A DNA stretch of 64,000 bases, filler included, from Sphacelaria rigidula (taxonomy: Eukaryota): assembly GCA_964200075.2 (NCBI GenBank). It is 4 parts of 4 records of this genome, joined end to end, with 100 filler letters (N's around TTAATTAATTAA, not from the genome) between each part and the next. Parts side by side here need not be neighbours in the genome. Positions count along the whole stretch, not along the records: positions 1 to 16,005 come from CAXNAA020001525.1; 3 more parts are not named here. One strand, written 5' to 3'. The notes under the pieces are model-generated. The model was not told the DNA's origin and did no database searches. It saw nothing but the letters and a program-made list of their open reading frames with translations. The number at the start of each line of letters is the position of its first letter. Positions within the stretch are counted from its first letter, which is position 1. Position numbers and translations under genes: made by a program. Below, one piece after another: positions 1 to 13,819 of this stretch.

Positions 1-75
1 AAACGACGTAAAAGCTCCAAAAATACATTTTTCCGGGTTTTTTACTCTTGTCTATTATAGGAAGCGGCCTAAGGG

Positions 76-430
76 TTAAATAAATGCAATGCCCCCGCGT
101 GTCAGACCGAAGATCTTGTGGATTTTGCCGTTACTGTACGCGAACAATTCGGATGCCCTACATAAAAATAAACATGAAACGCATAAAGATAACCACAGAA
201 CCGTACCTCCTTCACCCCACGAGGAAATTAAGCTACGCAAAACGACAAAACGAAATCGCCTGCTGCGTTGTTTGACGATATTGCTGAATATATGCCGTAC
301 TGTACTGTGTACTGTTGTTATCAATCCTCTTCAGACTACGCTGAATCCGATTCTTATTCGGCAGCTTGATCCGTTGCACTATGTAACGATTCGTACCGAT
401 AAACAAACCGCAGATCCCGCTACGCTCCGA
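76..430 (-). pseudogene. Degenerate tyrosine-recombinase fragment of a DIRS/Ngaro-type retrotransposon
   Basis: LWLSLCVSCLFLCRASELFAYSNGKIHKIFGLTRGGIAF aligns by eye with the contig-3 YR segment (WISMAL**FLLCKASEIWAYNTGLVHSEFCLTRGDLQLF). IKLPNKNRIQRSLKRID resembles WELPSRHCMVPAIYKGID. Confidence 0.7.
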
Positions 431-1531
431 TCCTTCACTTTTTTTTGTCGCTGTCAGCCTCACCTAGGTTTCGGATATTTCCTCATGATGACGACAACAT
501 ATATATGCACGCAAAACGAGGATGGTCCATATCCTCCGTACCTACTAGTACCCAGTTACAGCACATGCTCGGCCCCTGCTGATGTCGCTTACTGTAACAT
601 TGCCGGTACGATACCTTTTTTTCATGATGACGGAAAACGCTCGCGTGACCTGAAACCACGGTGCCGTTCGAGGTGGGACAAGTTCCACAAGCGAGTGGGT
701 GAAATATATCCAGTATAATTCAGTATGGCCGAGCTGGTCCCAGAGACGCGTATGGCGAAAACTCTATATACGAGCGATCTGCTCGACGATGACGATGTGG
801 GATGATACGGCAATATCACAATATCATCACAGTAGATTCGTTCACAAACGACCCGCGAAACACGTCGTACCTACACGTGTATTGGGATGCAGTGCACGAT
901 GATGGTGCATATATTTCACGGTTGGCCCAGGGGTAGCAGGTGAGCCATCCTCTGTCCACAACAAGCATGCGCACGTCGGTACGAAATTGACCCCGAAGAG
1001 AACTAAAAAAAGCATATATATGTTGATTATAATAAAGAAGAGTGATGCCGCGAAAACCCCCCCGAAACCATCCCCAAAACGGTCACGAAGAGAACGATCA
1101 TACAGGACATGATAGCTGGTTTCAGACTGCATGAAGCGTCTCATATGGGCGATATCCGCGCAAACGATCACAAGCGTGAGAGTTCCCAGCTGCTCGGTGT
1201 GGTCAGCTTGTGTCGTTTTGATTTACATGTAGATTTTACCTCCTCAACTCAGCCACTTTTCTGTGGGGGGCTATCGCGGCATCAGTCAGACGCAAATGAA
1301 TGACTTGAAGACGCCTGAATCCCTCAACGCCATGCGGGATTGACAAAACATGGATGATCGCCTGATCTGCTCGCGGGCCCGAAAATGGTGCTGTCGCACA
1401 CACTCTTTGGTGGAACGGAAGGCGGGAAACCCTCTAAAAAGGTTGAGAGAGGTCCGAGGGGCGTATGAGGTCGATCGCCTCGCATCCCCTTTTTCACCCC
1501 GAAATCAAGGCAAAAATGTGCCGAAGTACAG

Positions 1532-1858
1532 GCCGGTCGCCCCGGTGGCTCAATTCGACACCTTCTCCCGGTTGGGTCGTGGGTTCGAATCTCGGAGCGA
1601 TCTGGGATTTTTTCTCACACAATACCAACCAGTGGAGAGCGACTATATTGTGGGTACACCAAAACTCACTCAATGGTCGACGAGAGAAAGGGACTGCCGA
1701 ACCCATCTCGCGATAAAAAATAAAGGCAAGCACCGTAGAAGAAAGGTGGAGAACTAAAACAAACAAAAAATAGAGTAACTCGTCCCCGGCTGGTGCGCCC
1801 ACGTATGACGAAAGGTGAAGACCGGCGTCCAGAATAGATGGGGGACAGCACACAACAT
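1532..1858 (+). mobile_element. tRNA-derived SINE-like repeat, copy 1
   Basis: Pol III A-box-like GGTGGCTCAATT and B-box GGTTCGAATC. The head and ~300-bp body are homologous to 57181-57547 and 48309-48380. Confidence 0.75.
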
Positions 1859-3931
1859 ACCGATACGCATACCCGTTGGGGGAACGGAAGACGGGAAACC
1901 CTGAGAACTAGTTTCAGGTAGGTCAGGGGGCATGATTCCGTCTACTATATGAAAGTCATTTGTCACGAGTTCACGTCAGGGAAAGCAATGTTTAGGAGTT
2001 GAAGCTCAATTAATTAATTACCTTTATTTTCGAAGATAATCTCTGATGAGTTTCGAGAAAACTTTCACCGTCAGGAAGCGCGTTGCTTCTTCATCGTCAG
2101 TGGGTCAACATCCCACCCGTCCACTTATACATCAAACAGAGCGTACAGCTCTCGCCATGGATATTCCAACACGTGGACATATTTCCCGCTTTTTTTCAGC
2201 TGGGGATACGGAAACACGTCAAAACTACATCGGAACAGAGAGAACATGAGTTACTGAGCTCTTCTCGACGCCAACAGAAAAGAAGTAGTATATGGAACCG
2301 AAAACAGCGACATGTCTTCAGGTAGAGCTTTCAAACAATGCCTACTTAACACTGTACATTATTGACCCCCACGGTCTACAACAAGAAAAAAATATGGGGC
2401 ATTGAGTCTACTTGGTCACCCATTCTTCCTCTGCTGATTACGCAAGCGCATTTTTTACTGAAGTTCTCTTGAAACGCGCCCAGTACGCATGTCAGGCGAC
2501 AGAATCGTGACCCAACCCACATGGAAAACATATGCCGAAATATACAAACGAGGAATCGGGCTCGGTTCCCCGCTTGTTCCCCTACAACGCTGCAGACAAG
2601 CGGAAGACCGGGCACGCAGTGTATCGAGCTCGAAATCCGCACTAGGACTTCTCCGACCTGTTGCTACACTATTATTTCAAGCTTCGAAAGCGTGCCAAAC
2701 TTCTGGACGAAATTTCCGGCGTAGACAGGCTTGGACAAGGATCACGAGTACATGTTTGATTTCGTTCTTCTCCTCAGTGATGAGCAGTTACAGGGATGCA
2801 CGGTTTTTTAGCGATTTCCGCCCCTCTCGCCATCGGCGACAATGACCACCTCAGCTCTACTTTGCGAGACACCTTACGACATATCTTCGGCACCATAATC
2901 TACAACAAGGTGTTTGGTGTGCTGGTATCTGATGCGTTGTACCGGAGATTGGGATGCGTTGTACTGGAGATGGATGCATGGGGGACAAACTACAGTAAGC
3001 ACAGCACTATACACAGTCAGATTGAAAGAAACTCAAGAATCAAAATCACCCGTCGTATACTAGTATATTTTCACCAACACCTGAGCGCCACGCGCCGGGG
3101 TGAAACGACACCGTCCCCCTTCTTGCATAAGTCACATCACGGCAAGACGCCCCAAGCTCACCACGACTACACAACTCGTACACAATACAACAAACCCTCA
3201 CGTCATCTGACTTGATAAATACCCGCTAGCACTTGCACATGTTTCTGTAGATACATCGCTTGTTGTGATCGATAGCGACGATAACAACAAACCGACATGT
3301 GCAACAATTTCAAGGCCTTTTCCAAAGCCCAAGAGCTGGTGAGTGAGCTATAACACTCTCCTGAATTAATAGAACTGTACCGACACGACGTTGACGAGAG
3401 ATACAAAGGTAGCCGCAAAATCCTGTGGACAAATAACATCAAGCTCACGCGTCAGCTGCTGGGCGGTGATTGCATTGAGCGACCGCTGTATGGAAATTAC
3501 ACAGTCGCCGTGTACCGCAGTGAACCGCACACGCACAGTAGAACAGAGTTCCACGGGTGGGCAAAAATCAGGAGTTTCCATACTACTCACGAAAAAACTG
3601 AGAAACTCCAGGAGAGCTCAACACGGGTGGTGCACTATGTCCACGGGTAACATCATGACAAACAAGGCAACATAAAACTCCCACAGCATGTATCAGAAAT
3701 AGGACATGTAAGGAAGCTAATCGGGGAAGGGGGTACAAAATATAAACAACATTTCACCTCAACAGTCACTCGATCACACCGCCCGGGAGATTGTACTGCT
3801 GTAGACTGCGTTGGCTTGACTCGGGATTTTTCAACAACAAAGAGATGCTCAGCTAGCGCCGCCGCAGGTAGTAAGCACGACCTGGGCCAGCTGAGTAAAA
3901 CTCGAGTTTAGCTACCCGTTAGGTACAAGCA

Positions 3932-6900
3932 CTACCATCCTAAGCGGCCTCGAGTCTTGGTCTTGGGCTTTGTATCCGACTTCGATTTTGCTTCAACCCC
4001 GTGAACGCCAGATATTGACGCCCTAGCACCCGGACGGCTCCCACTATCCACCTCCTTGACTGGGGGGTCCGAGGTCCATGGAGATGCTGGCTCCCCTACC
4101 CTGTGTCTAGTACCAACAGTAGCACCCATGAGATCATCGTAGGCTCCTCCCTGAAACACGTCCTCCTTGGCGCTTGTCAAGCATCTGAACAGTTCCACAG
4201 AAAACAAGACGCATGAGGGAACGAAGTTGCGCGGAGTCGCGCGGAAGCACACCGGGAGATGAGAAACAGCTGCGGATCTTGTTTATCTCACATACACCTT
4301 GTTGAAACGTTCACATACAGGGATGGAGAGGTGGTTTGTTCGACGATGCGTGGGGCCTTGAAGGGGCAGTGAAGCGCACGAGAGCGGAGCTTCTCGCATA
4401 ATACTCAAGGCAACAATGCGCCGCGATTGCTCTTTCTTCAAGGCCTGTGGTCCCACACCACATGGACGAGGCAGATCAGCTGAAACCAACGATCCTACCC
4501 CCGCCTTTCTTTGTCGCCAACCATCCACGAATCCACACCACCCGCGATGGGATACCAGTTTTCGCCTGGTTGCGGTGATGAGGTCAGATCCAAGGTTACG
4601 CATGGAATTTCCGACCATCAGAGTCACAGTTTATCATCAAACGTTGCACAATCGCCGTGTAATTCGGTACACAACAATTTCGTATGTTGTGGGAGCATCT
4701 ATCTCATGAGGTCTGAGTATGTCCACACACGATGTTTTGCCTACGTGGAAGCAAACACCACCTGAGACCTCATATCTAATAGAATGGCGCATACCTTCCC
4801 CTGTCCTCGTCAAAAGTCGCTTCGCTCGCGATACTGGCGCGTCTAGATTCACCGCCCTCAGCGGCTGAAGAGTGTCTTCGCTGGCGACCGTACATCTCCA
4901 GATCGTCACTTGCATCCAACAACACAGCCAGTTCTGCGGGCGCATCTGCTATATGATACAGTATACGTGGGTGAAAGGGGCGGGGAAAGCATGCTGACAA
5001 TTGTAAGAAGAACACACCCTAGTCGTACCAAGTACGGTGCTGAACTGCATTAGACAGGAGCGGACTGCGTGGTGCAAATCGATCATACCGTACCTGATAA
5101 GGATGATCCTTTTCGATGAACTTCGCCGGCACTAAGCGGGCGGGTGGTCACAGTTGGCAAAGCGTCCTGAGGTGCCTCAGTGGGTGGTGACACTACCTTG
5201 ACACCCTTGTCTTCAGTCGATAGCAGCCGAAGCATTTCCACCAACTCCTCCTTTATGAGACAAAACCGGCAAGAGAGATGATGCCACGCGTAAGATGCGA
5301 GCCTGAGCGCTCCCTCCCTTTCCTCAAGCAATCGCATTGCGGATAATATGATTCTCGATAGATTATTTTCACCATTCCCGAGGCGGCGATAGATCATTAT
5401 CCCACGCCGCAACAAAGCCAATAATTACAACAGCGCAGCGACCACCTGGAATGACCGAGTCATCCCTGTGCCTCACGCTCATGCAGTGGTGGTGCAGTCG
5501 CAGTTGTAGTCGCAGTTGCGTCTTGAGATGAAACAGAGAAACGACGCATAAATATGAAGCTTTCACTTCGAAAGTATCATTGTCTTGGTATCGAGCCTCT
5601 TCACCTTATCTGCAAGAGCGGCCTTGAGCTTCTTCACTTCCTCAAGGGCTTCCGCCAGGTCCTGAAAATAAACGGAAGTGTCACGAAATGTCATCAAACA
5701 TCATGCACCTATACTTCCACTCGACTGCTGTTTTCGGGGGTGGTCTGAAAGGGGGATCGTGACGTGACGGAAACCATCACAACTTCACGAGAAAATCAGA
5801 CATCATCAATGGGGAATACCTTGGGTAAGTGAACGTGGGCCCTCGGCAACGACTTCGGGTAACCCCAGGGTTAGCTTTCTCATGGTCAAAAGTAACACAT
5901 GTCACGGATACAATTGCACATCCACAAAAACAAGGGCAGAGTACTTCAAAGGGTGATCGAAGCAAAGCCCGCCAAGCCTGTCCACTCAGAAATGCTCACT
6001 AGATTCTCCCCCATTGGGTTCGATTCCGCTCTTGTGTTGGTTGCCTCTGGCCTCCGCTCCCTGATCTGCGGCGTGGCAGTGTCGCCGCGAGCATGACCAT
6101 CACTTTGGCCCTTGCGTTTCCATCCATCCTTATCTCGGCTGCGGAACTGCAACCACTGCTCCATCTCGTCAAACTCACATCTATGGAAGATCAGTATGTG
6201 TGTGGCAGTCGGACGGTATAACAAAAATATCACTCGACACGACCGTGGTTTTGAATCGGTTACCGTGTGAAGCAGCAATTGTGTTACAAGATCAGCTACA
6301 AGCTGAAGTGTAGGGGATGTGGCCAAAAGTACAGCGGAAAAATTCGAGCACAACAGAAAATTCAACATCACGATCACACTGGTTACCTGAAAGCTGGTAT
6401 GCACACAACAGCGTGATCGTTTGTCCCATTGCCCCGTTCAGGCTCCTCTCCACCACCAGGGCCCCCTCGCTCACGCCCAGCGCTGCCCGCTATAGCAGCA
6501 TCTGTTACAGAGGCGACAAAGGAGGAAGTCGAATCATACTCGAGATGGCAACGAATAAATTGTGACATCGGACCGCTTCAACAGCACAAACCCCCGCTTC
6601 TCCACGAAGTAACAAAAGCGGCGGGGAAACCATGCGCCCACTAGCTCGAAAGATTGGCATCAGTGCTGCGGGGTGCTATTATCACAACCGTGAAGCTGAA
6701 TCCCAATACCTCGGAGTGGCGTGGGTAACGGAGGAAACGAAGGTGCTGGGCTCCACCTCAAGAAGTAGTCACTCCAGAGTCTCACGTGCCTCAACACACT
6801 TGCCAAAGGCACCAGAAGAACTTCTGGCTGACTGTCCTGTAGACGAGGACGCGGGGGGGTCGTACAAGACAACAGCGACAATCTTCAGGATATAAAAACA

Positions 6901-9900
6901 ACAGCGGGGACTACAGTAGCACGGTGCAACTGCCGCTTGATAACATCAACCACAACTGCGAAACGGCCAGCTCGCTCGCTGCACAAAAACTCGCGTTGCC
7001 CAGAAAGGGGCCATCGATCAACCAGAACTGACGACATGAACGCCTTCTGGGAGCCGCAATTCGGCATGAGTTTTGTCATCACCACCCTTCTAGTCTTCTT
7101 CCCCACACAAAGCAAAGCGATCCGCATCACTTTCCCGTGCTCACCCAGTGGTAAAGCTGAGACAAAAAAGAAGAGCGGTGCAGCTCAAGATACGTCCACA
7201 GGCTAGCGGTCCTCTCCTCTAGCTTCGCATCTCGACGCGCCTGCGAGATGCAAGCGACCAAATGGGTCAGTGTAGCTGAGAACCATTTCATTTTTTTGTC
7301 TCCGAGAGACGTGATTTTGCTGCGATGGTCGTTTCGGTGCCACCGTCGGCTGATGAGATCACATCCTGACATAACGACGAACTACGATGAGCCAATCACC
7401 AATGCCATTGGCAGCAGCACCAAAACATTTTGTCGCTCCTGCTACTGTATTGATACGAGCTCTACTCCAACTAACTAGTACAGCCGGAAGCATTTGAGAC
7501 CGACCGCCCTGAATCACCTTATTCGTGTTGCACAAAAACGTGCCAAAGCGACAGCTGTGGATGTTGTCCGCTATGCACAGCAGGTACCTGGACGATGGGG
7601 CGGCAAATGCAGAGCAGAGCACAAAAATGAGTCGGAGGACATCATTGACGTTTCAACAGCTGCTGCTGCCTAGGTGAACTCGCCACGCGATAGTAAGACG
7701 ACTCCTGTTGGGAACAAACACGCCGCGATGTTGAGCGGCTACGAGAGCTATAATGGAATTTCTTTTTTGTATCGCCATCGGTCACCTCGGGTTGAACTCG
7801 AAGTAGGACGGCAGCTGCATGACAAGCTGCCAGACACAGTCCAAGAACTGTAGGAAGATGGGGCTACGCTGGTCTTCCTTGTTGGATGTCACACCTCGAG
7901 GCAAGCCGTACGCATGGCGCAGGTGGAACGGGTGTCCAAAAGCTAACCAATCCTTCTCAACGAGTACCTGCGAAAACAACAACACAGTGAGTGGAGTTTA
8001 CACACAACAGCGGGCTGGAATAGGCACCCAAGCGGGTACAGTCGCAACAAGCTGTTACTCAACAATGAGCGTCCACACACCTGAAAGCCGTCCATAGTGC
8101 GGTAGTATGGATCCAGGATTATCTGGGCCAGTGAGCACACCTGAGCATTGGGAGGGACCCGGACAGGGCTGTCGTGATGATGAGGGACATTATGGCATTG
8201 ACATAGCCAGCAGTTGCTTTGAAAGCAAGATCTTCCTTCGCACAAACAACGTCATCGGCAGTATATGTCGTGTCTACCCAACACCCAGTCAAGCTCGTTC
8301 ATGTTCAACAAAAGGTCAAACACATTCGCTCATGGCCGCGCCATAGCACTTTCATGTCATGGATTGGCCATGTGATATCACCCTTGCTAGTGCTAGGCGT
8401 GTTACCTGCGACGTCCGATCCCAGCCGTGGCTGCAGTGGACCAACACAGGTGTCCGCTGAGTGTGTGCCTTGACAGCGACAGTCCAGGACGATGCCAGCA
8501 CATTCCGGACGTGCGACAACCACCTGCATTGAACATCAAACCATTGAACCAACCCAAACAACGGATGCGCTTGTTAAAATTGACACGTCACACCTTAACT
8601 ACGACGGTTGTCTCCAGAGCTTTCAAGACTTGTTGGTCTCAAGACTAGAGTCGAAACGCAGCTCGTCTACACTCCTGGGTGCCTGAACTATTATTCATTT
8701 TGTAGTTTCTCCATCATTGCCGATTTTCGTAGGCTCTTTTGCCCGCCACCGCCCATCAAATTGCATATTGAGGATCTAAAGATACTTGTATTCGCTGCAC
8801 ATTTCAAGACAAAAAAAGCATATGTACTAAATATTTAGTGACTTACGGGCTGACCGGTCATCGGGGATCCTAATACGTTTCAGCCCAGATTCTGACTCTT
8901 CCATATTTTCCGTCGATCGAGCCTGTCCCGATCGGTTTTATTAAGAAATGTACAGGTTTGTCTTTTAAAATTATACCTACTCATTGCATTAGAGCCGAAA
9001 AACTTTGTTTCACGGTCAATAACACCCTCCTGATGAACAGGGTATCTACTCGTATCGCCCGATAAAACCAGCCAACACCAACTTGGGCACTGGGGGGGAA
9101 GACGATCGGTTGATTGTACCAAAATCTACCAACGCTAACACTTTCGAGTTCTATCAGCGAGTAGTCGCAAGAAAAATCCCTTCTGAACAAAAATAGTTCA
9201 GGCGCCCAGTACTAGGTTAAATCCATTCCCAATTCCCTTGTGGTATCATCGCAAGTGCTAAACTGAACACTACCACGCCTCCGACAGGGAACAGCGTGGA
9301 GCCACTACACTTGCTGGATTTTTCCACGCGCACGGCAGAACAAACACACAGAATACAACACCACATATCAACTCCAGGCCGTGTACGTCGAAAATACGTG
9401 AAACATTCACGTCCCCATAACCAGCTACTCAAAAGTTGTCAGAGCATCAGCTAGTCTGGAACAACTTGCCCAAACACTGCCAGAATATCAACCCCCTTTG
9501 GGAAAAATTTCCCAAACATTGGAGCAACATCTAATAATGTAGAACATGGCGTTCTCGAAATCGAACATGTGGGACAGGCAAATAGTCCTGGCCATGTCCT
9601 ATCGTGCGTGTGGACCTTTCTGGTCGATACATGCTACCTTGCACAAAAGACAGGACTAATAGATTCGACTGCCCACGACGCTTGTCAGTATCCTCGAGTT
9701 TTTTTTCTACATCACGCATCAAAATCAACAAGGATATTCAGCTTCGCCAAATGGATCCATCCACACATCCAATAAATATAAACTTGAGCGCCCAACGATC
9801 CATAACATGGACGGAACCTCACACAACACAATGCTGCACATGGTGAAGAGAACCACTGCTCGATGGAGCAACGTTCCGCCCATCAACCGATGAGAACAAT

Positions 9901-12520
9901 TGTCGCGCTCGTCTCTTGTACTTACTTGGTGTCTTCGACGATGGCACTCCACTCTTGATCCCTGCCAGTGCCTCCCAGGGACAGATTTTCCAGCTTCGAC
10001 AGGCTCTCTCTCATCACCTGATGAGCAAATAAGTTGTGTAGCATCTAAGGCATCGGTGACACACGCGACCACACCAACGTAGTGTAAGCCGGCCGGAGCG
10101 GTACTTGGCGAGACCCTCTTCTCAGACAACATCGTTTCCCGAACCTCTAGATGCGTAGTTTAAACCGGCGCTCGTATTTCGCGAGGCCACCGTGATTAGC
10201 TGACTCACGTGGATGTTGCCTATACCCGAAAATTCCAGCGGGCAGTCGGCGTAGCTTTCGTATCCGTAACCTGCAATCAAGAAAGTCAGGGTAGGCCACA
10301 AGTTCTACGTTAGGCTGAAGACGGTCAAACCAGTGTTGCAAGAGTGGTAACGCGATACACAACCAGCTTCCACTTGGTTGACCAACATGGAACAGACGAT
10401 TGTCTCGCAATTTGCAAAAGCTAGCGTACATCCTCAGGGATGGCTCGATCGGGAAACTGTCCGTACTACGATCCTTCACGCTCCTCATCAACTCCGCGTC
10501 CTTCATGACAAAAAAACGTCACGTCCAGTCTGATGTTGCTCACACAAAACGACAGCGAAGAATGGCCAATCACCGCAATCCCCAGCGATGAGGGGGGGGA
10601 TTCACTAGCGCTGTAGTAGCAACAACAGTGAAGCGCCAATACAAAATAGACGCGAGACAGTAACAAAACACACTATCGGAAACTCCAGTGCACCATGACT
10701 GAGCATTTATTCATGCGAGTATGCTTTTGCTGTACCTGCTGCGAAATTTGCCGTGGCGTTGGAGCGAGGTCTACAATCCACGATAGGCAGGATGCGAGAA
10801 GGTGATGTTGCCGCCAACATCCCCAGCATGTGCTCGTCCTCCGCACACGTGGCCCGGGAGATGCCAATCTGCTCGGTGTAGGGTGGTTTGGTAATGTTTA
10901 GTTGGCACAACATGCTGATTATTGCGGTGCTCCGCAAATTGTGTGTTCACGCCTTGTCCAAAATGGATCCCAAGCGTAAACGGCGCAAAGTGCGAAGAGA
11001 TATCGGGTGCAAACGGCAGTGCAGCTTTGGTTTCCATGTGCACCTGAGATAAGTAAGGTGCGTGTTGGGTAAGGACGGTCAATCTGGTGCTCGAGTGCTC
11101 AGTGGGCTCGCCGTTGATCACATTAGCTGTGGCTGTTGGGCTCGTACTGCATGAATCGTCGTGCCTGGTTTGTTGAACCTTTTTTACGAAAATGGTGAGA
11201 AAGCAACAGCCCTGCCGCATCATCATCAACACAAATTATGTACCTAAGACAGGGACGGTGCGATCGATAGGGCGCTTATTTTTTCTCGGCTGGAAATCAG
11301 CGACAGGAGCTAGAGCGAACCAAAGAGTATGGTAGAAAGGCGTGACGCAAGGGCAGTGCATAGGTGATGTAGATCATCGCGGCCACGTGCCCATGGATCC
11401 CCACACAGGCAGAAATGCACAACTTTTGAACTTCACCTTAGGTTGACTACTTCTCCAAATAGATGCCGAGTCGGTTTGCCTTCCCCAGCAAAGCACCGGT
11501 AACCAGNNNNNNNNNNCTGAACTGTGACACAATATCCACTTCATCATCAGTAACCGATGCCGGGACCACCAGCAATGTCGGGTACGAAGCACAGAGACCA
11601 TAGTGCTCGTTAAGGTTGGTGGTCCTTAACGAACAACATCACCGACAGCGGCACCACACGCAGACGTAGGGAGGCGGTTAGACGGACGAATTGGATATGC
11701 TGGACATATTTGTTCACAGCAAGCGTGAGAGCCTCATGGCGTGAACGAGAACAAGTTCTACCCGTTACACCACCAAGAATTACATTTGTACTCCGAAGTA
11801 TATACACCCGCCCCCGAGCTATGATTCTCTGCTTCAACCCCCCTCGACTCGCTGTCGGCACCCCTGGTTAACCCCTGTCCATGAAGAGTACAGCATACCT
11901 CCATGGGCTGATGCCGCCTCGGCGGGGTTTCAACACACCCATTCGATCGAATTCCTTCCGAGGATCATAGATGTGCCACCCCGGATCTGGCAGCCCCGCG
12001 GTCGTCGTACGATGGCTGAAGGCGAATAGGTGTTCCAACTGCAACAACAGAAGGAATCCGAACAGCTGGACGTCACGGCTGACGTAGACGCCTAGATTTG
12101 CGAGACTACTCGAGCGAATAACATTCGCGTGGGCTTCTTCGCCGAACGTCATCAGTTACCATAGTGTTTGTGTTTCGGTTTTTCACCCATCTACTGATGG
12201 CGAGTATCATAGTTGCACACCATCTATGGCACCCGCGGTTGTAGAGATATAAATTTCCCGCAACGTTTTGATTGATACGCTAACGTGACATGCTCCATGA
12301 ACTCTCAGTAACTTTCAATCATGAAAAATTGCACCCAATGGTCCAGGTTTGAGGGTTTCCTTGCCACGATAATATATACGTGCGAACGTGGTTGTACTCG
12401 TCCACTCTTCCTGGAGGGCGTGTTCACCTGCTGCCCCGGAAAAGCGAGTTGCTGGAGCATCTTCATTGCCCTGTCAGATTCCTCCAGTCCTCCGAACGTA
12501 ACGCGTAATCTCCTCGAGTC
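3932..12520 (-). CDS. MTMR: Myotubularin-related phosphoinositide 3-phosphatase (MTM1/MTMR family), 5'-incomplete multi-exon gene
   Basis: GT-AG exons with consistent phases: 12520-12428, 12038-11899, 11624-11437 (contains a 10-N gap), 10868-10736, 10270-10209, 10017-9926, 8523-8406, 8140-8081, 7967-7786, 7587-7518, 7240-7145, 6836-6710, 6501-6387, 6180-6000, 5661-5605, 5250-5094, then likely 4945-4795 and terminal 4184-3932. Motifs: LFAF, [121 protein letters not shown], TASLW, and a C-terminal coiled coil. Confidence 0.93.
8406..8523 (-). CDS. MTMR: Myotubularin exon carrying the catalytic CX5R loop ([10 protein letters not shown])
   Basis: tgcag|G TGG TTG...GTC CAC TGC AGC CAC GGC TGG GAT CGG ACG TCG CAG|gtaac; 118 bp, phase 2 to phase 0. 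Confidence 0.95.
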
Positions 12521-13819
12521 CTGAAGAAAAGAAAACATGTTGCAGTGCGCGAGTCACGTACAACTTCATGTCTGCAGCACGTTCTTCTCCACCACACGTG
12601 TCCACGTTAGCTGTCATGCTGGAGGATCCACTGACATCAACTACACTAACGGGATCAGCACAGGGCGCAGGGGTGCTCACGTCTATAATCTGTGCTGTAC
12701 CCGATTATTGTTCTCATCAGTAACTTCTCGCAATAAGAGAGATACGCTCGAGTCCACGAGTTTGGCGAAAGTAAGTGTCACGCATTGGGTACCGTTTATC
12801 GACAGGACACGGTTGTTTGTACTTGTGAGGTGTTGTTTGGTGTGGCCGTGGCACCCTTCCTCGCAGTGCACCGTTTTATAGCGGAGCAAGGCAATTGTCA
12901 CGAGATATCTTGATGGGTTGAGCAGACGTACCCGAGGGGGGCGCTGCATCGCCGTGCTTTTCATTATTCATTCAGACGTCACCTGCTGGTGTACAGCTCT
13001 ATCTGAACCTTCTGTCTCTCTGAATCTCAGCCCTAAACCCCAACTATAGAGCTTACAATTTAGAGCCGCGGAGCCGTTCTGGCTAGATCGAACACTGGCT
13101 ACAGTACTGGTTCCCGGACCGTTCCTGTTGGTACTTTGTACTGAACCGTACTGACTCCTACCAGGCTGGTTGACTACATGCCCGAGAATCGACGTATGAG
13201 ATATATGTCCAATACATCTGCACACTTCCCCATGATCGTATAGCGGCAACACCACAGAGCCGATACGATCACACCCAACGTGCTAGATACGAGGCAAACG
13301 AATGTTTCCATTGAATGGCACAGAAGCCACGTGGTGAACGTAGATCCTCCAGACTCGTCCCGACTTCCGGTGCCTTTTGTGTTTTGACATCCTTCGTCGA
13401 GAACAGCAACTTGAACGTATGTTGACTGTGTGCTAGGTTGTCCTTGCTCGACGTGCATCCCGCACCCTTAGGTGGCCCCTCCACTGCCTTTTTCGTTTTC
13501 TTCACCGCGGGATGTTCCTTCGCTTCTTGGTCAAGGTCGGAATGTCCGCGCTCGGCACGAATATATTTTCGAGCTTGGCTTCTTCGTGATCGCTCAGCGT
13601 CGCCGGTGGTTCGGTGATTCGGCCTCGTTCACGATCATCTCCGTTGGAGGGGGCTTGATCCTCCAGTTCGACCTGCTACTCGTTTTTTGTGTGTGATGCC
13701 TTGGTCTTTGGGCCGTCGGAGCGCTCGTCTGTGCTTGGAGTCGCATGGGTTACAGGCGCCGCCGGTGGCCCCCGTGGTCACAGCGTTTCACCGGCCTCTC
13801 GACTGTGAGGCTCTTTGCC

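Noticed and set aside
8593-8682. AG...GT-bounded segment inside a myotubularin intron
   Set aside because: It has stops in all three frames, and the flanking exons 10017-9926 and 8523-8406 already join in phase
12968-13255. Candidate upstream myotubularin exon (…SAALNCK)
   Set aside because: The available donor gives a phase that does not join 12520 and no GRAM motif is recognisable; left unresolved
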